The notes under the pieces are model-generated. The model was given only the letters and a program-made list of their open reading frames with translations. It searched no databases and was not told the DNA's origin. Source: an uncultured Clostridia bacterium (GTDB lineage: Bacteria > Bacillota > Clostridia > TANB77 > CAG-465). From it: a DNA stretch of 64,000 nt. The position numbers were made by a program, and so were the translations under genes. Positions 28,801 to 36,893 of the stretch are shown one piece after another (the first letter of the stretch is position 1; each line of letters opens with the position of its first letter). The DNA lies in contig CANPWO010000004.1 of the NCBI GenBank assembly GCA_947584535.1, forward strand, positions 542 to 64,541, in the 5' to 3' direction.

Positions 28801-29331
28801 GATGAAGTAGATATAATAGAAGATAAACAGCAAGTAAATTATGATGAAACAACCCAAACATATTGTGGTATACTTACTCAGAAAAAGGTGCTAACTACTA
28901 AAAATGGCAAACAAATGATGTTTGGTACTGTTGATGATATGTATGGAAGTATTGAAATGGTCGTATTTCCAAATATATATACTAAGTATGTGGATATGTT
29001 GCAAAAAGATAATATTTTAAAAATTACTGGAAAGATTAATATAAAAGAAAATGAAAAAGCAAAGATACTTGCTTCAAATATCGAATTATTGACTAAAAGC
29101 AATAAGATATATATACGATTACCAAAAGATAAAGTTGAACTTGAAAATAGAGTAATTGATTATATTTTAAATCTTGAAGGAGAATTTAAAGGAAATGTAC
29201 CAGTATATATTTTTTATGAAGGTACTAATAAATTAAGGTTACTAAATAGAGCTGATTGGTTAAATACTGCAAATGAGACAATAGAAAGACTAAAGACTGC
29301 TTTTGGAGAAGAAAATGTAAAAGTTAAATAA
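25876..29331 (+). CDS. dnaE: DNA polymerase III alpha subunit (DnaE type)
   Basis: The start is taken at ATG 25876 (MDFVHLHVHTEYSLLDG, PHP domain). The polymerase core carries PDFDVDF and FNKSHAAAY. An OB-fold follows near the C-terminus. Confidence 0.95.
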   Translation: MDFVHLHVHTEYSLLDGAIRIKDLVKKVKDMNMKAVAITDHGNMFGAIEFYKECVKEGIKPIIGCEVYVAPRSRFEKQGKIDTEPNHLILLAMNNTGYKNLVKLCSAGYTEGFYYKPRIDMDILKEYNEGLICLSACLAGKVATQIVNTNIEGAKETIKEFIEIFGTDRYFLEIQDNKLREQILVNQQLISLAKEFSVGLVATNDCHYLDKEDYDFHEVLLCIGTRKTINDETRMTFKTNEFYVKSVEEEAEAFANVPEAIENTVKIADMCNVNFEFGKIILPEFKIPNNQSHLEYFRNLCYNGIEKRYGSKENKEVIDRLEYEISIIDKMGYIDYFLIVADYINYAKSVGISVGPGRGSGAGSIAAYLIGITDIDPLKFNLIFERFLNPERVSMPDFDVDFCYERRGEVIDYVARKYGQDHVAQIITFGTMAARAAVRDVARVLDISYQKADLVAKMIPHTLKMTIDEALKINSELKNLYDTDDEVKNIIDMAKKAEGLVRHASTHAAGVVITKNPVVDYVPLYESQNVVSTQYTMTILEELGLLKMDFLGLRTLTVISDALKLIEKIHGIKVDFGKDMDDKATFKMLCEGKTTGIFQMESQGFRQMMVKMQPDSLEDIIVMISLYRPGPMDQIPRYIRNKNNQNDIIYTHKSLEPILKVTYGCMVYQEQVMQIFRDLAGYSLGRADLVRRAMGKKKLDVMAKERDIFVQGAIKNNIDEASANKIFDEMAEFAKYAFNKSHAAAYAVVAYQTAYLKAHFPHEFMAALMNSMLGNLSKIPEYIEECKNLGIEVLKPDINESYAKFAVINKKIRFALVSIKNVGENAIKEIVQNRKMQGKFVSFVDFCQRVAGDIVNKKCIESLIMAGAFDEIENELNRYDLLESYEAIVDNVNETRKNNYINQINLFDMDSSLNTNKIEIKKCGKEPTKKELLEMEKEMLGLYVSGHPLDEYADYIKKSATITSKELNESRKESEDEVDIIEDKQQVNYDETTQTYCGILTQKKVLTTKNGKQMMFGTVDDMYGSIEMVVFPNIYTKYVDMLQKDNILKITGKINIKENEKAKILASNIELLTKSNKIYIRLPKDKVELENRVIDYILNLEGEFKGNVPVYIFYEGTNKLRLLNRADWLNTANETIERLKTAFGEENVKVK

Positions 29332-29453
29332 TCAAGAAACACTGGTATTAATAAATTATATCAGTGTTTTTTGAATATACTTCGTAAAAAAGTATAAAAA
29401 TTGATATAGTTAAAATTTAATTATTTTATAAGGCAAAAATATATCAAGAGTGT

Positions 29454-29482
29454 TTGACATAATCAATATACTTTGATATAAT
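29454..29482 (+). promoter_or_regulatory. consensus sigma-A promoter
   Basis: TTGACA, a 17-nt spacer, then TATAAT. Confidence 0.6.
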
Positions 29483-29535
29483 TGGTTTGCAAGTAAAGTA
29501 TAAATCAAACTTAAATTTAAGGAGGAGTAATAAAA

Positions 29536-30678
29536 ATGAAGAAGAGTAATGAAAGATATATTCTTGGAAAGAATAAAACTTTAAAAAAGATAGTATTAAC
29601 TGGAGGACCTGGTGCAGGAAAAACAACAGCACTTCCTTATTGCATTGAATGCTTGTTATCAGCAGGCTTTGAGGTGGTTGTAATTAGTGAGGGAGCAACT
29701 GCAGTAATGAATAGTGGTATAAGTGTTAAAAGCAATGTGGTAGATACTATAGAATTTCAGCGCTCTATAATGAAATATCAATTGTTTTGGGAAAATATGG
29801 TACAAAGTATAAGTTATAAAACAGATAGGCCACTTGTATTATTACTTGACAGGTGTATGATAGATAATAAGGCGTATATTACTAAAGAGGAATGGGAAAA
29901 ATTGATTGCTGAATTTAATTTAAGTGAGCTTGATATTTTTTCGCGTTATGATATGATTGTGCATCTTGTAACTGCTGCATATGGTGCAGAATATGCATAT
30001 AGTTGCGATAATAATATACAAAGAGGCGAAAAAACAATAGAAGAGGCAAGAAAAACAGAGGAAAATATAAAATCTGCGTATTATGGACATTTAAATATAA
30101 TGTATATCGATAATTCTACTGATTTTGAAATGAAAAAGCAAAGGGTAGTAAATAGTATATTTGAATACTTAAATTTAGCAATTCCAAGTATATGGCAGAA
30201 GAAATATATTGTAGATAAAAAAAGCTTTTTAAATATAATTAATAAATTTAATCCACAATATAGGGATGTTGAGCAGACATACTTGGTATCAAGTGATAGT
30301 AATATTGAAAGAAGACTAAGGAAAATTGGGCTTGAAGGACAATATGTATATTATTATACTGTTAAATATAGAGATAATAGTATAGGTACAAAAGAACAAA
30401 GTATAACTTATGAGATGTATAATCTCCTTTTAAAAGAAGCAGATAAAACAAGAAGTACAATAAAGAAAAGAAGATATTATTTTTCAAAAGATTATATTTA
30501 TTATACAGTAGATGACTTTGAAGAAGCAGAAAATAAATTAGTTCTTGAGGCAAGAATATCTGATAAAAATGCAAATATTGAATTTAAAGAATATGATGGA
30601 AGCTTTTATGAAGTAACAGATAATGAAAAATATTTAAATTACAATATTGCTAAGGAATTCCCTAAACAATTAAAGTAA
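29536..30678 (+). CDS. P-loop NTPase (AAA_28/NadR-kinase-like) fused to a CYTH-like domain
   Basis: 380 aa. The N-terminus has Walker A LTGGPGAGKTT and LLLDRC. The C-terminal half follows the CYTH pattern: QKKYIV (in place of ERKFLV), EQTYL, ERRLRK, YYTVKY, IKKRRYYF, VDDFEEAENKLVLEARI. Confidence 0.65.
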   Translation: MKKSNERYILGKNKTLKKIVLTGGPGAGKTTALPYCIECLLSAGFEVVVISEGATAVMNSGISVKSNVVDTIEFQRSIMKYQLFWENMVQSISYKTDRPLVLLLDRCMIDNKAYITKEEWEKLIAEFNLSELDIFSRYDMIVHLVTAAYGAEYAYSCDNNIQRGEKTIEEARKTEENIKSAYYGHLNIMYIDNSTDFEMKKQRVVNSIFEYLNLAIPSIWQKKYIVDKKSFLNIINKFNPQYRDVEQTYLVSSDSNIERRLRKIGLEGQYVYYYTVKYRDNSIGTKEQSITYEMYNLLLKEADKTRSTIKKRRYYFSKDYIYYTVDDFEEAENKLVLEARISDKNANIEFKEYDGSFYEVTDNEKYLNYNIAKEFPKQLK

Positions 30679-30747
30679 AAAAATACCTAACAGAGTTTAA
30701 TATATACTCTGTTAGGTTTTTATATAACTTTATTTTTCCTATTGTTA

Positions 30748-30951
30748 TTAGTCATTTTTATTTCTTGGTATTGCATCAGATAGATAAGCTAAAGTTGCTC
30801 CTATTAATATTAAACCAGCATTTTTAAATCCTTCAAAATTTTTAGTGGCAGGAATAAGGAAATAACAAATAAGACATATAGCTGTAAAAACTCCTGTCCA
30901 AATTGCATTACTATTTTTTTTAATAACAATTCTCTTTTCACTTATATACAT
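30748..30951 (-). CDS. hypothetical small membrane protein
   Basis: 67 aa with two hydrophobic segments. It lies between two clear terminator/promoter regions. Confidence 0.35.
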   Translation of the reverse strand: MYISEKRIVIKKNSNAIWTGVFTAICLICYFLIPATKNFEGFKNAGLILIGATLAYLSDAIPRNKND

Positions 30952-31087
30952 AATTATACATCTATTTCTTATTTAGTCAATATTTCTATTATTAATGGTA
31001 TTTGGTTATCTTTTATACTATAAATTTTATAAATAAAAAGAGTGAAATTTTATATATTTTGTTATATTTCACTCTTTTTATTATATT

Positions 31088-32023
31088 TTATTTATCGCCT
31101 TTTATTATTTCTGTTGCTGCTCCAAGTGCTCCCATTGCTTTAGATGCATCAAATGGGATAAATACTTTATTTGCTTTTCCATCTGCTACTTTTTCTAATG
31201 CTTCTAATGATTTAATAGCAACTAAATTTTGATCAGGTTTAGTATCCATTATAGCAGAATACACTAAGTTTATTTCTTGTGCTTTTGCATCTGCTACTTT
31301 TTTTATTGCTTCAGCATTACCTTCGGCTTCAAGTATTTTAGATTCTCTAATACCTTGTGCACGTCTAATACTAGATTCACGTTCTGCTTCAGCCTCAAGT
31401 ATTGTAGCTTGTTTTTTACCTTCAGCTAATGTAATATCTGCTTGGCGTTTACCTTCAGCTTCAAGTATTGTAGCTCTTTTATTTCTTTCAGCATTCATTT
31501 GTTTTTCCATTGCATCTCTAATATCAACAGGTGGTTTAATATCTTTAATTTCAACACGATCAACTTTACAACCCCATTTATCTGTTGCTTCATCAAGTAT
31601 AGTTCTAAGTTGATTGTTTATCATATCTCTTGAACTAAATGTACTATCTAAATCCATTTTACCAACAATATCACGAATTGTTGTGATTGCAATGTATGCA
31701 ATACCTTTTTGTAAACTTTCAATTTCATAAACTGCTTTTGCAGGTTCTGTTATTTGATAAAATACAACAGTATCAATTGTTATTGTAACATTATCTTTAG
31801 TTATAACACTTTGAGGTGTTACATCCATTGTTTGTTGTTTTAAACTAACTACAGCTCTAACATTATCGATAAAAGGTACTATGAAATTAAGACCAGCTTC
31901 AGCTGTTTTATGATATCTACCTAAACGCTCAATAATTCTAACTTCAGATTGTCTTACAACTTTTATTGAACAAGCTGCTACTATTAAAATAAATAGTAAT
32001 AAGATTATAAAAAATATTTCCAT
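31088..32023 (-). CDS. SPFH/band-7 (stomatin/prohibitin-like) protein
   Basis: 311 aa with an N-terminal TM. The SPFH core reads RIIERLGRYHK...TKDNV...DTVVFYQI, followed by Ala/Glu-rich coiled-coil repeats (ILEAEG... three times). Confidence 0.9.
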   Translation of the reverse strand: MEIFFIILLLFILIVAACSIKVVRQSEVRIIERLGRYHKTAEAGLNFIVPFIDNVRAVVSLKQQTMDVTPQSVITKDNVTITIDTVVFYQITEPAKAVYEIESLQKGIAYIAITTIRDIVGKMDLDSTFSSRDMINNQLRTILDEATDKWGCKVDRVEIKDIKPPVDIRDAMEKQMNAERNKRATILEAEGKRQADITLAEGKKQATILEAEAERESSIRRAQGIRESKILEAEGNAEAIKKVADAKAQEINLVYSAIMDTKPDQNLVAIKSLEALEKVADGKANKVFIPFDASKAMGALGAATEIIKGDK

Positions 32024-32035
32024 AATTTTTCCTCC

Positions 32036-32470
32036 CTATCCAACTTTTTTAACTTTTAATTTAACACCATCTATTGCTAAAACTTCTACAGTTTCATTCT
32101 CATTTATTATACTATCATCATCTGATATAGCTGACCATAGTTCACCATTTACTTTTACTTGTCCTTTTAAATTTACATTATCAATTTCTTTTACAACTGT
32201 AGCTTGTTTACCAATGATTGCGTTATTATTCATAGGAACATCTTTAGTTTTAAATATTTTTGCTACTAGTGGCTTCATAAATATTATCATTAAAGCTGTT
32301 GATATTACAAATACGCCAAGTTGAACTGGAAAAGAAAATCCTAATATATTTGTAATAAAAGCAAGAAATGCACCAATACCAGGCCAAAACATTAGAAAAG
32401 ATACAGTGAATATCTCTATTATAAGAAATAAGCCACAAAGGATTAACCATATAGACCAAATCGGTAACAT
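32036..32470 (-). CDS. NfeD-family membrane protein
   Basis: 144 aa. Three TM helices are followed by a C-terminal OB-like domain (GKQATVVKEI...GQVKVNGELWSAIS). It sits immediately upstream of the SPFH gene, the classical NfeD-stomatin operon. Confidence 0.85.
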   Translation of the reverse strand: MLPIWSIWLILCGLFLIIEIFTVSFLMFWPGIGAFLAFITNILGFSFPVQLGVFVISTALMIIFMKPLVAKIFKTKDVPMNNNAIIGKQATVVKEIDNVNLKGQVKVNGELWSAISDDDSIINENETVEVLAIDGVKLKVKKVG

Positions 32471-32746
32471 ATATATTGCTCCTTTCTTCTAAATTAATTA
32501 TATAATTTTACAAATTTAATTATACAATATCTTTTTTAAAAATACAATATTTTATAGTATAAAAAGCTAAAATTTCAGCATTTTATACTACAATGTTAAA
32601 ATATTGTAATATACTTGACATATAATATAATATATGATAAAATCTTTTCGATTTGGACATATATAAAAATGTAAAATTTGACAATAAATATAATTTATGT
32701 TATAATTATATGGTAGCCAAATAAAAGGAAGGTGTAAATTTTTATT

Positions 32747-33742
32747 ATGGAAAAGAAAAGCGTTCTCAGTACCATAAGATTTATATTCTTCACTGTCTTT
32801 ACTATCGCTTTAATATTTAGTGCTGTTTTAGTAACTGTACTTAATACTTATAAGCCAGCAGTAAAAGCATATTTAAATGGAAAGTTTGTTGGATATTTTT
32901 CTGATGAACAACAATTTGATGAAGTATATAATGATTTGGTAGCTGAAAAGCAAAGTATTGATCCAAATGTAAAGGTATATTTAGACTACGAACCTACATT
33001 TGAAACAAGTTATGTTAGAGATAGCGTAATTGCAGATCAAAATGTGTACACAAATTTAAGAGCAGAAGTTAAAACTGAATATACAATATATAATGTTGCA
33101 GTTAATGGCGAAAACAAAATGACATTTAATACTCAAGATGAAGCAAATAAATATGCTTCAAGCTTGAAAAAAGAAGTGTCAAAATTAAAAACAGAGGTTA
33201 AAGTTGAAAAGGTTTCTGAACTAGGAGAAATGACATCTATTGAAAGAGCAGATAATATTTTGAAAGATATTGTTGATAGAAATAAACCAGTTACTACTCC
33301 AAAAGCAACTGTTAATAATAAAACATATGTACAAACAGCAGCTTCAATTGGACCATCATCAGTAGCGGCTACAGGGTCTGGAGTATGGCCAACTGTAAAT
33401 AGAAGAGTAAATTGTGCATTTATGGGATATGCTGGACATACAGGAATAGATTTAGGTGGTGCTATTGGTACAGCTATTTATGCATATAGATCAGGAACAG
33501 TAACTTTCGCAGGTTGGGGCTCAGGTTATGGTTTACACGTAAAGATTAATCATGGCGATGGAATGACAACTTATTATGCACACTGTAGTAAACTTTTAGT
33601 AAAAGTTGGACAACAAGTTTCAGAAGGGCAAAAGATTGCTGAGATTGGTATGACTGGTTATACAACAGGACCACACGTACACTTTGAAGTAAGACTTAAT
33701 GGAGTACCTGTAAATCCATATCCATATATTCAAGGGAAATAA
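32747..33742 (+). CDS. M23-family peptidoglycan endopeptidase, membrane anchored
   Basis: 331 aa with an N-terminal TM. The C-terminal LytM domain has HTGIDLGG and GPHVHFEVRLNG. Confidence 0.9.
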   Translation: MEKKSVLSTIRFIFFTVFTIALIFSAVLVTVLNTYKPAVKAYLNGKFVGYFSDEQQFDEVYNDLVAEKQSIDPNVKVYLDYEPTFETSYVRDSVIADQNVYTNLRAEVKTEYTIYNVAVNGENKMTFNTQDEANKYASSLKKEVSKLKTEVKVEKVSELGEMTSIERADNILKDIVDRNKPVTTPKATVNNKTYVQTAASIGPSSVAATGSGVWPTVNRRVNCAFMGYAGHTGIDLGGAIGTAIYAYRSGTVTFAGWGSGYGLHVKINHGDGMTTYYAHCSKLLVKVGQQVSEGQKIAEIGMTGYTTGPHVHFEVRLNGVPVNPYPYIQGK

Positions 33743-33864
33743 TGTTGATAAATAAATTGAATATATATTTTCAATTATTTATATATAGCACCTATTTCTA
33801 GGAAATTACACACCTCGAGTTTTTTCTTGGATATAGGCAAGATGAAAAAAAGGAGGAAAAAATA

Positions 33865-34128
33865 ATGACTAAAGAAAGAAAAGCTGAAATCTTATCAACT
33901 TATGCTAGAGTAGCTAACGATACTGGTTCTGCTGAAGTGCAAATTGCACTTTTAACTGAAAGAATCAATGAGTTAACTGAGCATTTAAAAGTACACAAAA
34001 AAGATGAACATTCAAGACGTGGACTTTTAATTATGGTTAGTAAGAGAAAAAGATTGCTTAAATATCTTGAAAGAAAAGATATACAGAGATATAGAGATAT
34101 TATTGCAAAATTAAATATTCGTAAATAA
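33865..34128 (+). CDS. rpsO: 30S ribosomal protein S15
   Basis: 87 aa. The sequence [36 protein letters not shown] is canonical S15. Confidence 0.97.
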   Translation: MTKERKAEILSTYARVANDTGSAEVQIALLTERINELTEHLKVHKKDEHSRRGLLIMVSKRKRLLKYLERKDIQRYRDIIAKLNIRK

Positions 34129-34232
34129 CAAAAAAAGCTGTAAGGTAAATGAATCTTACAGCTTTTTAGAATGTTGATACACCTAGATGAAAAATTTCTA
34201 GGTTTGTTAACATTTTAGTAATAAAAAGGGTT

Positions 34233-34634
34233 TTAACTCTTTTTGTTAAAATAAGTATTTATTCTTTCAATATCTGCTATATCTTTAGCTCTATTAAAAT
34301 CTTTTTTCATTTCTATAATAGAATCTAATGTTTGAAATCTTATTCCATCAATAATTTCAGTTTCTTTGTTATAAAAGTTAGTAGAAAAGTTTATAACATC
34401 ATCTATATAATAAATATCTACATTATCTTTATAATCATGTTTTTCTAAAGTGCAATTATAATTTTTTAATAATTCATCATATAATTTTTTTGAAACTGAA
34501 ATATCTATGTCACTAGTTGTATCTTTAACACCATGTACAACCATTGAACTACCAGATAGCACAATATATTCATTTTTGTCAAAATTATAACTATTTAGTA
34601 TATCAAAAATATCTTTTCTATTGTATTTTTTCAT
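34233..34634 (-). CDS. minimal nucleotidyltransferase-fold protein
   Basis: 133 aa. The GS...DxD pattern (LSGSSMVVHGVKDTTSDIDISV) fits pol-beta-superfamily NTases. It starts 7 nt after the glmS stop on the same strand. Confidence 0.45.
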   Translation of the reverse strand: MKKYNRKDIFDILNSYNFDKNEYIVLSGSSMVVHGVKDTTSDIDISVSKKLYDELLKNYNCTLEKHDYKDNVDIYYIDDVINFSTNFYNKETEIIDGIRFQTLDSIIEMKKDFNRAKDIADIERINTYFNKKS

Positions 34635-34640
34635 TTTTTA

Positions 34641-36458
34641 TCACTCCACAGTAACAGATTTTGCAAGATTTTTTGGCTTATCAATATCGCATCCACGCAT
34701 TTTAGCTGTTTCATAAGCTATAAGTTGTAATGGTAGTATTGTAACAAGAGGCTGTAACAATTCAGTTACTTTAGGAATTGTTAGCACTATATCTGCAAAG
34801 TCATTATAGTTTTCAACATCCTCGTCATTATTTGTAATAAAAATAACATAAGCACCTCTTGCTTTAGTTTCTTTTATATTACTTACAGTTTTCTCATATA
34901 ATGTTTTATCTGTAGCTATAGCTATAACAGGAGTACCTTCTTCAATAAGTGAAATAGTACCATGTTTTAATTCACCTGCAGCATAAGCTTCTGAGTGCAT
35001 ATATGAGATCTCTTTTAATTTTAATGAGCCTTCAAGGCACAATGTATAATCTATACCACGTCCAAGGAAAAATAGATGTTCCTTATCTTTTATAGCACTA
35101 GCAATTTTTATATATTTTTCACTATTATCTATTACTTTTGATAATACTTCTTTGATTTTACCTATTTCCTCCTGTACCTTATTTTTAAGACTATCATCTA
35201 ATATGTTTTTTTGCTTCATTGCATTAAGTACAAGCATTGAAAGTATAGCTACTTGACTTGTATAGCCTTTTGTAGTAGCAACTGCAATTTCAGGACCTGC
35301 ATATGTATAAATTGTTTCATCAGCTTCTCTTGAAATACTTGAGCCTACTACATTTACAATAGCAATTGTTTTTGCACCGTGTTCTTTAGCTATTCTTAAT
35401 GCTGCTAAACTATCGGCAGTTTCACCAGATTGCGAAATGATAATAACTAAAGTAGAAGGTGTAATTAACTGCTTTTTATATCTATATTCAGACGCAATTT
35501 CAACACTTACTGGAATAGAGGCAAAATTTTCAAATAAATATTTACCAATCATACCGGCATGCATTGCACTTCCGCAGGCTACAATATGAATAGTGTCGTA
35601 GTCTGCAATATTAATAGATAAATAATCTTCATTTTCAAAATAATTATTAAATAGTTTAGAAATTACTTCAGGCTGTTCATTTATTTCTTTAAGCATAAAA
35701 TGTTCATAACCATTCTTTTTATATTCTGTTGCACTCCAATTTGCAAACATAATCTCTTTATCTATTTTTTCTAGATTTTTATTGTATATTTCAACATCAT
35801 CACAAGTGATTTTTGCAAACTCATCATGTTCAAGTAAAATATATTTATTTGTATAATCAAGTATAGCTGAAATATCAGATGCAGCGAAGTTTCCATCATC
35901 ACTTAGCCCAATAATTAATGGACTATCTTTTCTTGTAGCATATATTGTATCTAGTTCATCATCAAAAATTATTGAAAAAGCATAAGACCCTCTAATTTCA
36001 TCACAAGCAGTAGATATAACTTGTAATTTGTTTTTATTTTCAGATTTTTGATAGATATAATTAATATATGCGCAAGCTACTTCAGTATCAGTACTAGAGT
36101 TAAAAGTAACACCGTTTTTTAGTAAAAAGTTTTTTAACTCAATGTAGTTTTCAATAATTCCATTATGTACTAAAGTTACATTTCCAACTCTATGAGGATG
36201 AGCATTAGTTTCATTTGGCTCTCCATGAGTTGCCCATCTTGTATGTCCTATTGCAGTAGAAGCATTTATTACTTCATTATTTAGTTTATCTTCTAAAACT
36301 GCAATTTTCCCCTTTGCTTTGTATAAATTAATTTTTCCGTTTTCTGATGTAGCGATTCCTGCAGAATCATATCCTCTGTATTCAAGATTTTTAAGTCCAG
36401 CTATTACTACATCTTTAGCATTTTTTTTCTTTGAAGAATATCCAATTATTCCACACAT
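34641..36458 (-). CDS. glmS: glutamine-fructose-6-phosphate aminotransferase
   Basis: 605 aa with an N-terminal MCGIIGY (Ntn Cys), two SIS domains and a C-terminal KSVTVE. Confidence 0.97.
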   Translation of the reverse strand: MCGIIGYSSKKKNAKDVVIAGLKNLEYRGYDSAGIATSENGKINLYKAKGKIAVLEDKLNNEVINASTAIGHTRWATHGEPNETNAHPHRVGNVTLVHNGIIENYIELKNFLLKNGVTFNSSTDTEVACAYINYIYQKSENKNKLQVISTACDEIRGSYAFSIIFDDELDTIYATRKDSPLIIGLSDDGNFAASDISAILDYTNKYILLEHDEFAKITCDDVEIYNKNLEKIDKEIMFANWSATEYKKNGYEHFMLKEINEQPEVISKLFNNYFENEDYLSINIADYDTIHIVACGSAMHAGMIGKYLFENFASIPVSVEIASEYRYKKQLITPSTLVIIISQSGETADSLAALRIAKEHGAKTIAIVNVVGSSISREADETIYTYAGPEIAVATTKGYTSQVAILSMLVLNAMKQKNILDDSLKNKVQEEIGKIKEVLSKVIDNSEKYIKIASAIKDKEHLFFLGRGIDYTLCLEGSLKLKEISYMHSEAYAAGELKHGTISLIEEGTPVIAIATDKTLYEKTVSNIKETKARGAYVIFITNNDEDVENYNDFADIVLTIPKVTELLQPLVTILPLQLIAYETAKMRGCDIDKPKNLAKSVTVE

Positions 36459-36514
36459 AATAAACCTCCATATATATTATTTTCAAAGTACAAATAAATT
36501 AAACATATTTTAGT

Positions 36515-36650
36515 CTACATACCTTTTGTAGCAATATTAATTTTGCTTTTGTAATATGTATAACGATACTAAAATTTACCGTGATAGCATCCGCTTAAAA
36601 AGATTCGACAACTATCATCCTCGTTAACCTAATGGCCTTAGCGCTATCTT
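36515..36650 (-). ncRNA. glmS ribozyme: glmS ribozyme/riboswitch
   Basis: The minus-strand RNA ...AUA^GCGCUAAGGCCAUUAGGUUAACGAGGAUGAUAGUUGUCGAAUCUUUUUAAGCGGAUGCUAUCACGG... contains the conserved cleavage site A^GCGC and the core elements ACGAGGAUG, UCGAAU and GCGGAUGC. It lies directly upstream of glmS. The 3' boundary is approximate. Confidence 0.85.
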
Positions 36651-36699
36651 GAAAACTACTAACATATCCACCTCCTTAAGTAGTACCAAAATTTATTTC

Positions 36700-36728
36700 A
36701 TTTTAATATATAATATATAATTTGTCAA
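36700..36728 (-). promoter_or_regulatory. sigma-A promoter of the glmS leader
   Basis: On the minus strand: TTGACA (36728-36723), a 17-nt spacer, then TAAAAT (36705-36700). Confidence 0.55.
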
Positions 36729-36893
36729 ATTAAAGTGAATAAACATATTAAATTATTATATATTTTTAAAAAAAATACAAATTTATTTAAATTTATACAA
36801 AAAATTTGTTTACAAAGAAAAAAATATGTGATATCATTTTAATGAATAAGTGTATACAAAAGAAAAATAAATGAATAAAAAGAGGTAAAAATT

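Noticed and set aside
31002-31232. Plus-strand ORFs 31002-31232 and 31442-31633, and the minus-strand ORF 32250-32459.
   Set aside because: They overlap the SPFH and NfeD genes antisense or out of frame and have no SD.
36603-36610. The sequence TTCGACA (a Spo0A 0A-box core) and near matches at about 18262 (upstream of spoIIE) and about 200-255.
   Set aside because: The exact match lies inside the conserved glmS ribozyme core (UGUCGAA), so it is explained by the RNA. The others have a mismatch and are expected by chance in 64 kb.
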